Source of the DNA: a virus
Strand: one strand, 5' to 3'
Length of the DNA stretch: 64,000 bases
IMG/VR virus record: IMGVR_UViG_3300032315_000608
Coordinates: 5,341 to 69,340 of that record
Position 1 is the first letter of the stretch. Each line of letters starts with the position of its first letter. Position numbers and translations under genes: made by a program. Shown here piece by piece: positions 39,064 through 48,133 of this stretch. The notes under the pieces are model-generated. The model worked only from the letters and a program-made list of their open reading frames with translations, ran no database searches and was not told the origin of the DNA.

Positions 39064-39357
39064 TTATCCTGCCTTGTAGGCGATTACTTTTCCAGAGGTT
39101 AGATCGTAGCTAGTAAACGGCCCGTAGATAATAGTCCCAGCAGGAAGAGTTACACCAACTAGATTGCCAACTGTAGAATTTAAAGCAGTCAAAGCTGAAA
39201 AAACAGTATCGGCAATAATTTGAATAGCTGCAAAATTACCATTAACTAAAGTCGTGTCATCTGTATAAATAAACCCACGCTGGCCGAGGGACACAAGCGC
39301 GGCATCAGTTTCTTGAGTTACAGAGGGAGCGAGATTTTCGTCAAAAAAAGTTGGCAT
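39064..39357 (-). CDS. small beta-rich structural protein
   Basis: TLPAGT.IYG.FT...LTSGKVIAY motif; AGGAG RBS. Confidence 0.7.
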   Translation of the reverse strand: MPTFFDENLAPSVTQETDAALVSLGQRGFIYTDDTTLVNGNFAAIQIIADTVFSALTALNSTVGNLVGVTLPAGTIIYGPFTSYDLTSGKVIAYKAG

Positions 39358-39368
39358 ATGGTTCTCCT

Positions 39369-39396
39369 ATTGTGGGGTCTTATTTTTAATTGTCAA
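39369..39396 (-). promoter_or_regulatory. promoter, 16-bp spacer
   Basis: TTGACA-N16-CACAAT. Confidence 0.55.
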
Positions 39397-39608
39397 CTAT
39401 GTTTGCCAAAAATCTTTGACCAAAAGAATTCAGCAAATGTAGAAATCATAAATGTCATAACCGCTACGACTCCATACCCCATGTGAATATGTTTCTCAAC
39501 CTTGCCGATTCGTTGGTCGTGTTTGTCTCGGTCTTCAAGCAGAGAATCAAGTTTCTCGTCCATGCGGGCGGTACGCTCAAGAAGGGTAATTAGATGGTCA
39601 TTTTCCAT
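39393..39608 (-). CDS. coiled-coil + C-terminal TM protein (XhlA/holin-like)
   Basis: ERTARMDEKLD...RIGKVE then a hydrophobic helix. Confidence 0.6.
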   Translation of the reverse strand: MENDHLITLLERTARMDEKLDSLLEDRDKHDQRIGKVEKHIHMGYGVVAVMTFMISTFAEFFWSKIFGKHS

Positions 39609-39861
39609 GGCTAAATATCCTATCCAGGGTGGGGTATAACCGTGATTTCATCTTATTGGCAGTATAGCTCTCAACACCCAGCAAAGGCAAGAATAGTTCG
39701 AAGCATAGTTCAAACGATTCCCGCTCATAACAGGCTTTTGGCCTGGCGGGTTTCTTACCGGCGTCAAGATCCTGGAGATCGTTCCAGGCTTGCTTGACAA
39801 CCGCCAAGATGAGCTTATCCACGGCTTTACGCCATTTCGTTCGACGACATTCCTTGTTCAA
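39598..39861 (-). CDS. hypothetical protein
   Basis: LILAVVKQAWNDL motif. Confidence 0.5.
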   Translation of the reverse strand: MNKECRRTKWRKAVDKLILAVVKQAWNDLQDLDAGKKPARPKACYERESFELCFELFLPLLGVESYTANKMKSRLYPTLDRIFSHGK

Positions 39862-40075
39862 CGGCTTGAACCATTCCCATATCTTCTTCGGGCATTTCGG
39901 CTTCAGCTTCCTCTTCGACTTCTTTGCCGGGGGAAACTGCTACACCTTCAACTGCGGAGAGATACATGGTAGGTCCTTTAAAATAGCCGCTGGCCATGAA
40001 GTCGAATGTATCGCCTTCAGCAACACCTTCTGGAGGTGTAAAGCCTTTGGGTACGGGAAATGAGATATTGTCCAT
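39827..40075 (-). CDS. acidic hypothetical protein
   Basis: FPVPKGFTPPEGV.EGD.FD; GAAAG RBS. Confidence 0.6.
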   Translation of the reverse strand: MDNISFPVPKGFTPPEGVAEGDTFDFMASGYFKGPTMYLSAVEGVAVSPGKEVEEEAEAEMPEEDMGMVQAVEQGMSSNEMA

Positions 40076-40102
40076 AAGAGTTGTCTTTCTTGAAAGAGTA
40101 TG

Positions 40103-40131
40103 ATCCCCCGGGGGATAGAACCCCGGGGGAC
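40103..40131 (-). terminator. terminator after the capsid genes
   Basis: TCCCCCGGGG...CCCCGGGGGA hairpin, followed on the - strand by CTCTTTC. Confidence 0.6.
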
Positions 40132-40141
40132 CAATTAGTTA

Positions 40142-40390
40142 TTAGTTCTGAGCGTTGACGTTATTGATCAGAGTGATCAATTCGTTCACCTTGGAAGCAA
40201 GCGACTTGAAATTGTTATTCAAAGTCGTTTGATTGAAGGATGCGCCAACGTCGCCAATTGTGTCGCTCGCAGTGCCGGTAGCGGCAGTCAGAGCCACAGT
40301 GTTCGTCCAGGTCCCACCATTGGAGAGGACGTTACGAACCTGCGCGGCTAGGACATTGTCCTGCGTGCGAACTTGAAGGGGGAAGCTCAT
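40142..40390 (-). CDS. head decoration/fibre-like protein
   Basis: Directly after the capsid gene; NNNFKSLASKVNELI coiled coil; GAAAGGAG RBS. Confidence 0.6.
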   Translation of the reverse strand: MSFPLQVRTQDNVLAAQVRNVLSNGGTWTNTVALTAATGTASDTIGDVGASFNQTTLNNNFKSLASKVNELITLINNVNAQN

Positions 40391-40411
40391 TTAGAGTTCT
40401 CCTTTCTTTAA

Positions 40412-41836
40412 TTAGCTAACGTAGTCAAGGCTAATGGCAGGCCGTGTGTGCAGGATGACGTAGCCATACTGCGGGAACACGGGCCGAGCACCACTGGCCA
40501 TCACCCCGCGGAAATATCCGACATTTCCGTCCGGGTTGAATGCCCGATCAAGGATGTTGACCCACTTGAACTCACCGCGGTAATTCTGAGCGTTGAAGCC
40601 CATCTTGTTACCAACGGCAATCGGGCTAGGAACCACGGAACGCATAACATCTTGATGGAAGATGTAGCTGATTTCGTAGCTAGCCGTCTCGTAGGCGGGG
40701 TTAATATTGTAAGCATATCCTTTGGTCGTGTTAGGAACCGTTTCCCTGCGGAAGGGGAACACGCGGATGAGCTTATCGTTAGTCGTATTGAACACGTTGA
40801 AGCGTGGGGGATACGGGTCGATGGAGTGGTAGAAACCACCGTAAGAACGCTCAATGCCGAGAGGCGTGAGCAATTCATTCGGTTTGGCATACCGGAAGTC
40901 CTGGCGAATGTCGGCATTCAACCGGATCAGGTTTTCGCTGGTTTCAGCACCGCAGATAAGCATGAACACCGGAGCTCCGTTTTCACGGCCCATAGCATGC
41001 GTACCCGCGCCGTCGCGGATCAACTTCATGTACAACCGTTTCAGGATACCTTGTGTCAGCTGGCTCTGGGGCAGAGCGTTAGCAGCAAAGTCAGTGGAAT
41101 TACAAGTTCCGCTACCAGTGGTAACGGCATTGTAAACACCAACCAAGTCAGTCACGCTGATGCTGTAAGCATTCGACCCAGTCGAGTTGACAGGGAGAAT
41201 ACCAATGGTGGAGGCGCTGGGGATAACAAGGTTACCTTCAGCTGCGACCTGCTCGGTGAAGAGCTGGCGATAGCGATCCTGCCAAACCAAGGAGGTCGAA
41301 TCAGTGAGGACATCCATGATGTTGGAGAGCTGTTCTTTGCGTTTAACGGCAAAGCGCAAATCTTCCAGGGCGATATCGGGGGAATCAACCGAGGCCCACT
41401 TCAAGCTGTACTGACGGAGCTTTTGTCCGAAAGTAACGCCAGTGAGGGGGATGGGGAGTGCGTTTCCAGCCGTCGACGAGGGTGAGCTCGAGGACACGGG
41501 TGGTTGGCTTCCACCCGAGATGGTCTGGGTGTAAGCATTGAACCCGGTGTAGGTCTGGTCAATCGGATTCGATCCGAGGTTACGCCAACCGTATCCCGCG
41601 TCTCCGGTGATATCACCAGCGGTATAACCGTTGGCGGTAGAGGCAGCGATGCTGCTGGAGGGGTAGAAACGTTCGAACGTGACCGAACTGATCACATCGC
41701 CCATCTCCTCGGGGAATTGTTCCTGTTTAGTGAGTTTGAGCCAGGCAGAAGTATCAACGGTCCGGCGAAAAATCTCCGGTCCGATACGCCCAGCTTCTTT
41801 AACGAGCAACTGCTCGATAGAGTAAGTAGTAGCCAT
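40412..41836 (-). CDS. major capsid protein
   Basis: Position after the scaffold, 474 aa, strong codon bias, GAAAGGA RBS; YRGEFKWVN motif. Confidence 0.8.
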   Translation of the reverse strand: MATTYSIEQLLVKEAGRIGPEIFRRTVDTSAWLKLTKQEQFPEEMGDVISSVTFERFYPSSSIAASTANGYTAGDITGDAGYGWRNLGSNPIDQTYTGFNAYTQTISGGSQPPVSSSSPSSTAGNALPIPLTGVTFGQKLRQYSLKWASVDSPDIALEDLRFAVKRKEQLSNIMDVLTDSTSLVWQDRYRQLFTEQVAAEGNLVIPSASTIGILPVNSTGSNAYSISVTDLVGVYNAVTTGSGTCNSTDFAANALPQSQLTQGILKRLYMKLIRDGAGTHAMGRENGAPVFMLICGAETSENLIRLNADIRQDFRYAKPNELLTPLGIERSYGGFYHSIDPYPPRFNVFNTTNDKLIRVFPFRRETVPNTTKGYAYNINPAYETASYEISYIFHQDVMRSVVPSPIAVGNKMGFNAQNYRGEFKWVNILDRAFNPDGNVGYFRGVMASGARPVFPQYGYVILHTRPAISLDYVS

Positions 41837-41839
41837 AGT

Positions 41840-42060
41840 AGTAGTATTTTCCTTTCAACCTTCCCCTGCTCGCGCAAAGGGTAGGTTATGATTTATAGTA
41901 AGTACGCCAACCCCTATCGAGGTTATCCGTCCTCACTACGACTCAAAACTTTTCCCTGGCGGCATCCCAGAGCTTTTAATGCCCGAATTCTGCTAGACCG
42001 TCTCAATCTTTATAGGTCTTGTTCAGTAAGGATCTCAATCTTTATACCTGTGCTGAACTA
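41840..42060 (-). ncRNA. structured capsid 5' leader (candidate cis-regulatory RNA)
   Basis: Two hairpins share the 14-nt loop sequence UAUAAAGAUUGAGA; three further hairpins follow. Confidence 0.55.
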
Positions 42061-42064
42061 GTTA

Positions 42065-42092
42065 AAAGTATCAACCGGATGGAACGTGTCAA
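42065..42092 (-). promoter_or_regulatory. capsid promoter, 16-bp spacer, extended -10
   Basis: TTGACA-N16-TACTTT with TGn. Confidence 0.6.
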
Positions 42093-42107
42093 TAGCTTTT
42101 AACAAAT

Positions 42108-43313
42108 TTATTTCATTCCCCGTTCAAGGGCTTCGACAAAGCTGATATTAGCTGGTATTTCAACCCCGCCACCCTTCGCTCCACCGGAAGAAGGCATGGT
42201 GGATCGAAGTTCTTTAGTCAGCTTCTCAAGTTCAGAAATACGGGTCTGAGTCTTGGCCACGTAATCCTGAAATACATTCATAACCACAGGCATAGCCGCA
42301 GCATTAAAGGTTAACTTGGCTTTAGCCCTAGGATCAAGCTCAGTATTTTCAATCTGCATGGCCTGCTGTTGGATATTGTTTAAGGTGCTATTCCAAGCTT
42401 CATTCCCCTCAATAGGGCGCAATAGAGCATTTTCTTTTTGGAGATTTTGCCACTCAGACTCATAAGCAGTTTTAACCTCTGACTCTATTCTCTGCTGAAA
42501 AGCTGTCGCTTCCTTCTGCTCTTCGGCTTGGATCATCTGTAACACAGTATTAACATCTTTAGTTAGAACTTCTCGTCTATCAAAGACCCTTTGAAGTTCT
42601 TCTGCCTTGCTTCGAATAGCTAAAGAATCTACTGGGTCAAATGCACTTGTGGCTTCTTTTAACAAGGCGCGACGTTTTGCTGGGTCTGGCTCAACCATTG
42701 CGGCGTAGATATTCCGGGGATCAACTCCCTCGTAAAGCTTGGTGATATCGGAAACTTCTTGCTGAATGCTGTTTAAAGGCTCAGTAACGGCTTGTTTATA
42801 TTCCCTGGTAGATTCCAGTCGAGAGAACTTCAACTCATTCTCGTACTCATCGCGCTCCTGCTTGAGCGTATTAAGCTGGTTCTGCAAATCAATCTGCTCG
42901 ACCGAATTAGTGGGAGCTTCGGAAACTTTGCCTTCAAGTTCTTTCAGCTTTGAGCGTGCTTCGCGCAAATCTTTGGTTAAACGGGCCCAAGCAGTCTGAG
43001 CTTCGGGCTTAAGATTCTCGGGTGCTTTAACATCCAAGTCATCGGAAACAGCTTCTGTCTTCGTGACTTCTTCTTGTCCAGTCATCCGTTTAGTCAAAAT
43101 ATCGAGAGGATTGGTGGAGGTAGACGCATCAGTCTTGGCTACTTCAACGGGTTTTGTGGTTTCGGCTGGGGCCGTCACAGCGGTTGCGACGGGAGCTTCA
43201 GTCGCGGGAGCTTTGTCTAGGGCTTCAAATCCAGCATCAAATGCATCGGCAAAACTAAGATTTTCCGATCCTGTTGCTGTAGATGTGGGTTCTGCGGTTG
43301 CTGTTTCACTCAT
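42108..43313 (-). CDS. capsid scaffolding protein
   Basis: Acidic low-complexity N-terminus, long coiled coil; between portal and capsid genes. Confidence 0.7.
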   Translation of the reverse strand: MSETATAEPTSTATGSENLSFADAFDAGFEALDKAPATEAPVATAVTAPAETTKPVEVAKTDASTSTNPLDILTKRMTGQEEVTKTEAVSDDLDVKAPENLKPEAQTAWARLTKDLREARSKLKELEGKVSEAPTNSVEQIDLQNQLNTLKQERDEYENELKFSRLESTREYKQAVTEPLNSIQQEVSDITKLYEGVDPRNIYAAMVEPDPAKRRALLKEATSAFDPVDSLAIRSKAEELQRVFDRREVLTKDVNTVLQMIQAEEQKEATAFQQRIESEVKTAYESEWQNLQKENALLRPIEGNEAWNSTLNNIQQQAMQIENTELDPRAKAKLTFNAAAMPVVMNVFQDYVAKTQTRISELEKLTKELRSTMPSSGGAKGGGVEIPANISFVEALERGMK

Positions 43314-43328
43314 AGTTTATTTTCCTTA

Positions 43329-43619
43329 TTATTGGTTTGTTGTGTCTATTTTGGTTTCCCAAGGTTCCGGAAGATTAGTTGGTTCTCCGGCTTCTTCTGA
43401 CAGGGTTGAAAGGACGCGAATTGCCTCGAAGTAACCTTCTCTTCGTGCGTTTAGAGTCGCATTCCAATCAATGAAATCAACATTCGGGGGAGGAAGAGTT
43501 GCTGATGGAGTACCAAGGTTCAATAAAACTCGCACCAAAGATTCACCGGCTTCTGATTTGCGGAAAGCTCTCCAGGCGTTCTTAAGATCGGTTCTTTTAT
43601 TCCAATCGTTTAACGTCAT
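43329..43619 (-). CDS. hypothetical protein (portal-adjacent)
   Basis: Podovirus synteny; REGY motif. Confidence 0.65.
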   Translation of the reverse strand: MTLNDWNKRTDLKNAWRAFRKSEAGESLVRVLLNLGTPSATLPPPNVDFIDWNATLNARREGYFEAIRVLSTLSEEAGEPTNLPEPWETKIDTTNQ

Positions 43620-45886
43620 GCTTTTGGTGCGTTGGGTGTACTCATCGCAGCACGAAGGTTAGCTGCGGCTTGTGCGTCTTGTAAAGCTAATTTTTGTTTT
43701 AATTCCGCTTCTTTAAAGCGCGCATCAAGCTGTGCTCTCTCCTGCTTGAGTTGCATGTCGAGTTGATGCTCCTGCATTTTCATCTGCATCTGAGGCGAGA
43801 TGCCCTGCACTTGACCTTGTTCTAAAGCGATTTGCTGCTGTTGTTCGTTGGCCGCTCGGATATCCTGCTCGACATCCCTCTGTAAATTCACAACGGCTTC
43901 GCGTAAAAGGTTCATGGCGAGTTTAGCTTGGCCGATTTCCTGTTGCTTTGTCTTGTCGTCAACAATTCTAAGAAGGTGTTCATTCGAGTGCTCGTATACC
44001 ATGGTGAGGAACATCATGGTCGCTTGCTTATCCTGAATCTGGTTGTTTTGAACAGCCTGAACAATTGGTTGAGTTTCTTTTAAATGTACGGCCAAATGAA
44101 TTGCATGATTTTCGTTAGGCATTACCGTCACCTGTCTGCCGGCTTGCATCGAGCCATTTTCAAGTTCTGCAATCTTAGCGTCAGCCGGGATGCGATTCTT
44201 GACATTAGGGTTTGGTAGATATCGATCGACCTGATCGTAACCAACACGAGCGGCTACTCGATCTCGAATCGCATTGACCTGACCGAGTTCGTCAAATCTA
44301 GGTAGCATCTGCATGAACTCGTTGAAGGCTGACAAGCGAGCTGCTGGAGATCCAAGTCCAACTGCCCTTACGGCGTCAACATCATAAACAGCTTTAACTG
44401 CTTCCCACGGAACACCACGTTCTTCGAGTCTGGTGCGGAATTTTATAGCTCCCTCAGATCCCTCTTCTCCAGGAACCCATGTATCGCGTTGTAGCCTTCT
44501 GAATTGTTCGCGTAGCAAACGTCCCCAAGGAACGTAGAACAAATTCATGGAGTTGGTGGTTAGTATCGCCTCGTTCGCAACTTGTGCTTCTACCTCCGTA
44601 GCCGTGCGTGGATTACCGGTAGGCGCATTCATTTGGGTTCGGTAAGAGCCAGTATTGCTCTGACGAACCATCGCCATCTCGTTTACAATCGGCTGCACAT
44701 TCGCGGCCAAATTTGGATACTGAGTTTGAACAACATTCAATCCTGGAGGCAGAAAGGATAATGGTCCAGAATAAGCCATCGTCATCTTGGATACATCTTC
44801 TGCGCTCTGCGGTTGCAAGAGAACTGAGGTCTGCAACATGGCTCCATCTGCCATGGCGCAACGCAAACGATTGGTCATCTGAATGTGCGGGAAAATCTTA
44901 TAACCTAAACCACGAATCGAATAATAAAGACCATTACCAATGCCATAAGTAAAGATATGGAAAGCCTCCGAAGCGGTCTTAAATCTATGGAGTTTTTTAA
45001 ACAAGAAATCGCCAGAACCGTCACGAAGTCCAATGGCGTGGGAATAAGTTCCATCAAATTCCCTTACGTAATAATGAATGACGTGAATTTCTTTTGCTCG
45101 AACGTAAGAAAAATAAAGATCATTCGACTTTAACTGTCTTTGCAATTCTTCCCAGTTAAGACCGTCGCTAGGATAAGTTGAAGTGGCATTGCGGATCGCC
45201 TCTCTTACTGCGTCTACATTCCAACCCGCTTCTTCTGCAACCTTTGGATTCTCAATATATTGATAAAGTTCGTGGACCAAAAAAATCCTTCGAACAGCAG
45301 CAAACTCCACCTTATCTTCTGTGGCGGGAGTTCCGCGGGGCATGAAGAAATCTCCAATTGGGCATACAGTCCACTGCCAATTTCGTTCGTCTTCAAAATA
45401 AGCAACACCAAGACCTTGAGCTACAAAGTAATAGGAAAGTAACTGTTGTTTAAAATAAAAGCTGGACCAATCTTTTGTAAGAAGGCGTGTGAACTCTTCT
45501 GCAATTATAGACGCGTATTCTTCACGCTGGCTCTCATCGCCAAATCTTGTTTTAACATTAATCAATCGATCAACAGAAGTAATCAAATCATTGTAGGACG
45601 TAAGGGCTTTTTCCAAATCTGCCCCGGCTTCACCGAAGTTCAGATTGGCTCTATAGCTTTGACCGAGTCTACGTAAGGCAACGGGATCATAAGGGGCGGC
45701 TCCGTCGAACATGTCCATAATACGGGCGCGGTCGCGGGCTCCCTGCTCGTCCGCCATGTATAAAGATTGATAGATTGAAAAGAGCCCGTTCTGGTCGGTG
45801 ATCCTAGTTTTTGGTGCTTTTCCGGTTGGTGATAGCGTTTTTAGATAATCATCAGGAACGGAATTCGTATTGTATTGAGGTTCCAC
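43616..45886 (-). CDS. portal protein
   Basis: After the terminase; RTATEV motif, ENHAIHL..H, Q-rich C-terminal barrel; start moved to GTG 45886 because a promoter (TTGACA-N17-CATACT) overlaps the TTG. Confidence 0.8.
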   Translation of the reverse strand: MEPQYNTNSVPDDYLKTLSPTGKAPKTRITDQNGLFSIYQSLYMADEQGARDRARIMDMFDGAAPYDPVALRRLGQSYRANLNFGEAGADLEKALTSYNDLITSVDRLINVKTRFGDESQREEYASIIAEEFTRLLTKDWSSFYFKQQLLSYYFVAQGLGVAYFEDERNWQWTVCPIGDFFMPRGTPATEDKVEFAAVRRIFLVHELYQYIENPKVAEEAGWNVDAVREAIRNATSTYPSDGLNWEELQRQLKSNDLYFSYVRAKEIHVIHYYVREFDGTYSHAIGLRDGSGDFLFKKLHRFKTASEAFHIFTYGIGNGLYYSIRGLGYKIFPHIQMTNRLRCAMADGAMLQTSVLLQPQSAEDVSKMTMAYSGPLSFLPPGLNVVQTQYPNLAANVQPIVNEMAMVRQSNTGSYRTQMNAPTGNPRTATEVEAQVANEAILTTNSMNLFYVPWGRLLREQFRRLQRDTWVPGEEGSEGAIKFRTRLEERGVPWEAVKAVYDVDAVRAVGLGSPAARLSAFNEFMQMLPRFDELGQVNAIRDRVAARVGYDQVDRYLPNPNVKNRIPADAKIAELENGSMQAGRQVTVMPNENHAIHLAVHLKETQPIVQAVQNNQIQDKQATMMFLTMVYEHSNEHLLRIVDDKTKQQEIGQAKLAMNLLREAVVNLQRDVEQDIRAANEQQQQIALEQGQVQGISPQMQMKMQEHQLDMQLKQERAQLDARFKEAELKQKLALQDAQAAANLRAAMSTPNAPKA

Positions 45887-45934
45887 AAGTCCAACTAGTA
45901 TGGGGGAAGCCAATATTCCTGTCAATCATCCTTT

Positions 45935-47674
45935 TTAGGAATTCAGGAAGGAGGATTCGGATACGACCGAGTCTAGCTTCTTGGCTTGCGTCTGCCATGA
46001 AGACCTGAGTTTACCTCCAACTAGAGAGCCGGCTGAGATACCAAGCTTTTGTCTGGCTAGGTCTAAGCCAAGGAAAAACGCATCCGCCAAATCGGGCGAC
46101 TTACCTAAACGCAATTTGTAGTCTCTTTTGGGTTCAACTGTTACTTTGCCCCCCGCGGTAGTATTGTATTTCCTGCCGGTCATCTCTTTTGCAAGATCTG
46201 GCACAATCCCCCTCAACTGCCCCGACCTCATATACTCCACGCCAGAAAACCATAGTTCCGTAACTCGATTGGTGTACTTATCCAAGCCGCGAATAGGGTT
46301 AGTTATACTGACGGGAAGTGTCGACGCTTTTTCACCAAACTTAATTCGTAGAATTCGATTCGACCATATTTCAGATAAAATGTCGCAAAAAGGATCTCCT
46401 GCTCCGGTGGCGTCGATAGCCAATCTTTCGGGAGGCACGCCGGACTCTTGGCAAACACGCATAACTTCTTTAGCGATCTGGAAGTTGCGAGGCTCTGCTT
46501 TAGTCACGTCTTCACGAAGATTATGAAATTTGTGTAGAGCGACCGCCGGCCCAGACTCTTCGGTTTGACCGTACTTAAGAATAGCCAATACGGATCTGTC
46601 TCCTCCATTTGTAAACGCAGGATCGAATCCGGCCAGGTAAAGAGGGGGCTGAGACCATCTTGGCTCTTTAGTGACATCATATTTCCTAAAGTCTGCTTCT
46701 GAATATATACCTTCCTCTGCTCCGACGGGCGCGGGGAAGCTACGTATGAATCGCCAGAAAGAAAGAGAGTTCTCGCCTTCGTTATCGATTGCGTACTTAA
46801 CTTGCTTGGAGGTTAGCAAAAAAGGCCATTTGTCGTCGTGCTCAATGTTCGGAGTTTTTAATCCGTCAAGGTGAATACATTTTCCCGTCTTTGTTTCCCA
46901 TTCTTCTGCGTCGACTGTAATTGAATTCCACCCGTCTTTCGGCGTGGAGAATACTCCAAACGGATCGTATTGCGAGTTGAAGTTCCCTAAGGCTACGCAT
47001 TGAAACTGGGGGTTTGCATTAAGATTGGAGATGGCTTCAAACACGGAATTAGTTACGTCCGTCGCTTCGTCGATAATCAAAAACACTCTTTTGTTTTTCA
47101 ATCCGATAAGTTTTGCTGTCGCTTCTTTTTCTTTGTCTGGACTTGACGGAACCAGGGTAATAGACGAACGATCCGATGCTTCGCCCGATTCGGACGCGTC
47201 CAGAACAATCTTTCCCATCGAGTCAACTAACTTGCCCGGCAATCCTGGAACTTGCATATACCGTTCACGAATTGATCCCCACAAACGTTTACGGGCTTCT
47301 CGAACGCTAGTCGTGGTAACCAGCACTAAAGTTTCGTGCGGGGCGCAAAGCCAATTTACAAGACCCCACATGGCCATAGTCGATGTTTTTGCGGAAGACT
47401 TCGGGCCGGAAATAGCTAAATAGTTTTCTTCGCAGGCTCGCTCAATCATCCAGTCGGCCCAAGGATGCCAGTGAAAACCATTTTTGCTTTTTGTTTTATG
47501 GTAGGGCCAAAGCAGATTCACTACATTCTTAAAATGCTGGGCTTTACCCAAACCTCCGTCTTCAGGCTTCAATCCCATTTTGAAAGCCAATAATTCGATG
47601 TCGAGGTCTCCAGCTCCATCTGGCCAGGACTTTCCATATTTTTCTATAGGCAAGGGACTACTCTGCATAATCAC
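45935..47674 (-). CDS. terminase large subunit
   Basis: GPKSSAKT Walker A, LIIDEA Walker B, LGN, GFDPA, IDATG.G, SPDLADA nuclease motifs. Confidence 0.9.
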   Translation of the reverse strand: MIMQSSPLPIEKYGKSWPDGAGDLDIELLAFKMGLKPEDGGLGKAQHFKNVVNLLWPYHKTKSKNGFHWHPWADWMIERACEENYLAISGPKSSAKTSTMAMWGLVNWLCAPHETLVLVTTTSVREARKRLWGSIRERYMQVPGLPGKLVDSMGKIVLDASESGEASDRSSITLVPSSPDKEKEATAKLIGLKNKRVFLIIDEATDVTNSVFEAISNLNANPQFQCVALGNFNSQYDPFGVFSTPKDGWNSITVDAEEWETKTGKCIHLDGLKTPNIEHDDKWPFLLTSKQVKYAIDNEGENSLSFWRFIRSFPAPVGAEEGIYSEADFRKYDVTKEPRWSQPPLYLAGFDPAFTNGGDRSVLAILKYGQTEESGPAVALHKFHNLREDVTKAEPRNFQIAKEVMRVCQESGVPPERLAIDATGAGDPFCDILSEIWSNRILRIKFGEKASTLPVSITNPIRGLDKYTNRVTELWFSGVEYMRSGQLRGIVPDLAKEMTGRKYNTTAGGKVTVEPKRDYKLRLGKSPDLADAFFLGLDLARQKLGISAGSLVGGKLRSSWQTQAKKLDSVVSESSFLNS

Positions 47675-47702
47675 TTGACAGTTGTCAATTTGAGTTCACT
47701 CT
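47675..47702 (+). promoter_or_regulatory. replication-operon promoter with a palindromic -35
   Basis: TTGACA-GT-TGTCAA palindrome; TTGACA-N16-CACTCT. Confidence 0.55.
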
Positions 47703-47731
47703 ACCCAGCACGATGAACATACCCCTAAAAA

Positions 47732-48133
47732 ATGAACAGTTGTACAAAAGGCAAAGTCGGAGAGCGTGAGTGGCGCGACGTCCTCAAGGCGAAGGGCTTC
47801 GAAGCGCGCCGTGGTCGGCAGTTTTCCGGCAGTCCGGAATCGCCCGACGTTGTCAGCAACCTCCCATTTCACTTTGAAGTCAAGCGGGTTGAGGCCCTCA
47901 ACATTAACAAAGCTATGGAACAGGCCAAACGAGACAGTGGCAAGAGTGTGCCAGTGGTGGCCCATAGAAAAAACAAGTGCGCGTGGCTTGTTACGATGGC
48001 TGCGGAAGATTGGCTTGAACTAGTTCGTGAAAAGCATTCAGACGCTTGTTCAACTCCGCCCGTGGCAGGAGAAATCAAAAAGTATTATACTTCAGGCAAT
48101 TCAGAACCACTCGATCGCGCTGGATTGCTCTGA
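47732..48133 (+). CDS. Holliday junction resolvase (Hjc-like PD-(D/E)XK)
   Basis: KGKVGERE..., SPDV, FEVKR motifs. Confidence 0.75.
   Translation: MNSCTKGKVGEREWRDVLKAKGFEARRGRQFSGSPESPDVVSNLPFHFEVKRVEALNINKAMEQAKRDSGKSVPVVAHRKNKCAWLVTMAAEDWLELVREKHSDACSTPPVAGEIKKYYTSGNSEPLDRAGLL

Noticed and set aside
40448-41485. 345-aa antisense ORF over the capsid gene
   Set aside because: Shadow of strong codon bias in a highly expressed gene; no RBS or recognisable motifs.
47540-47560. GLGK inside terminase (also in rIIA) as part of the tag system
   Set aside because: Internal positions in enzyme domains; compatible with chance, so not counted.
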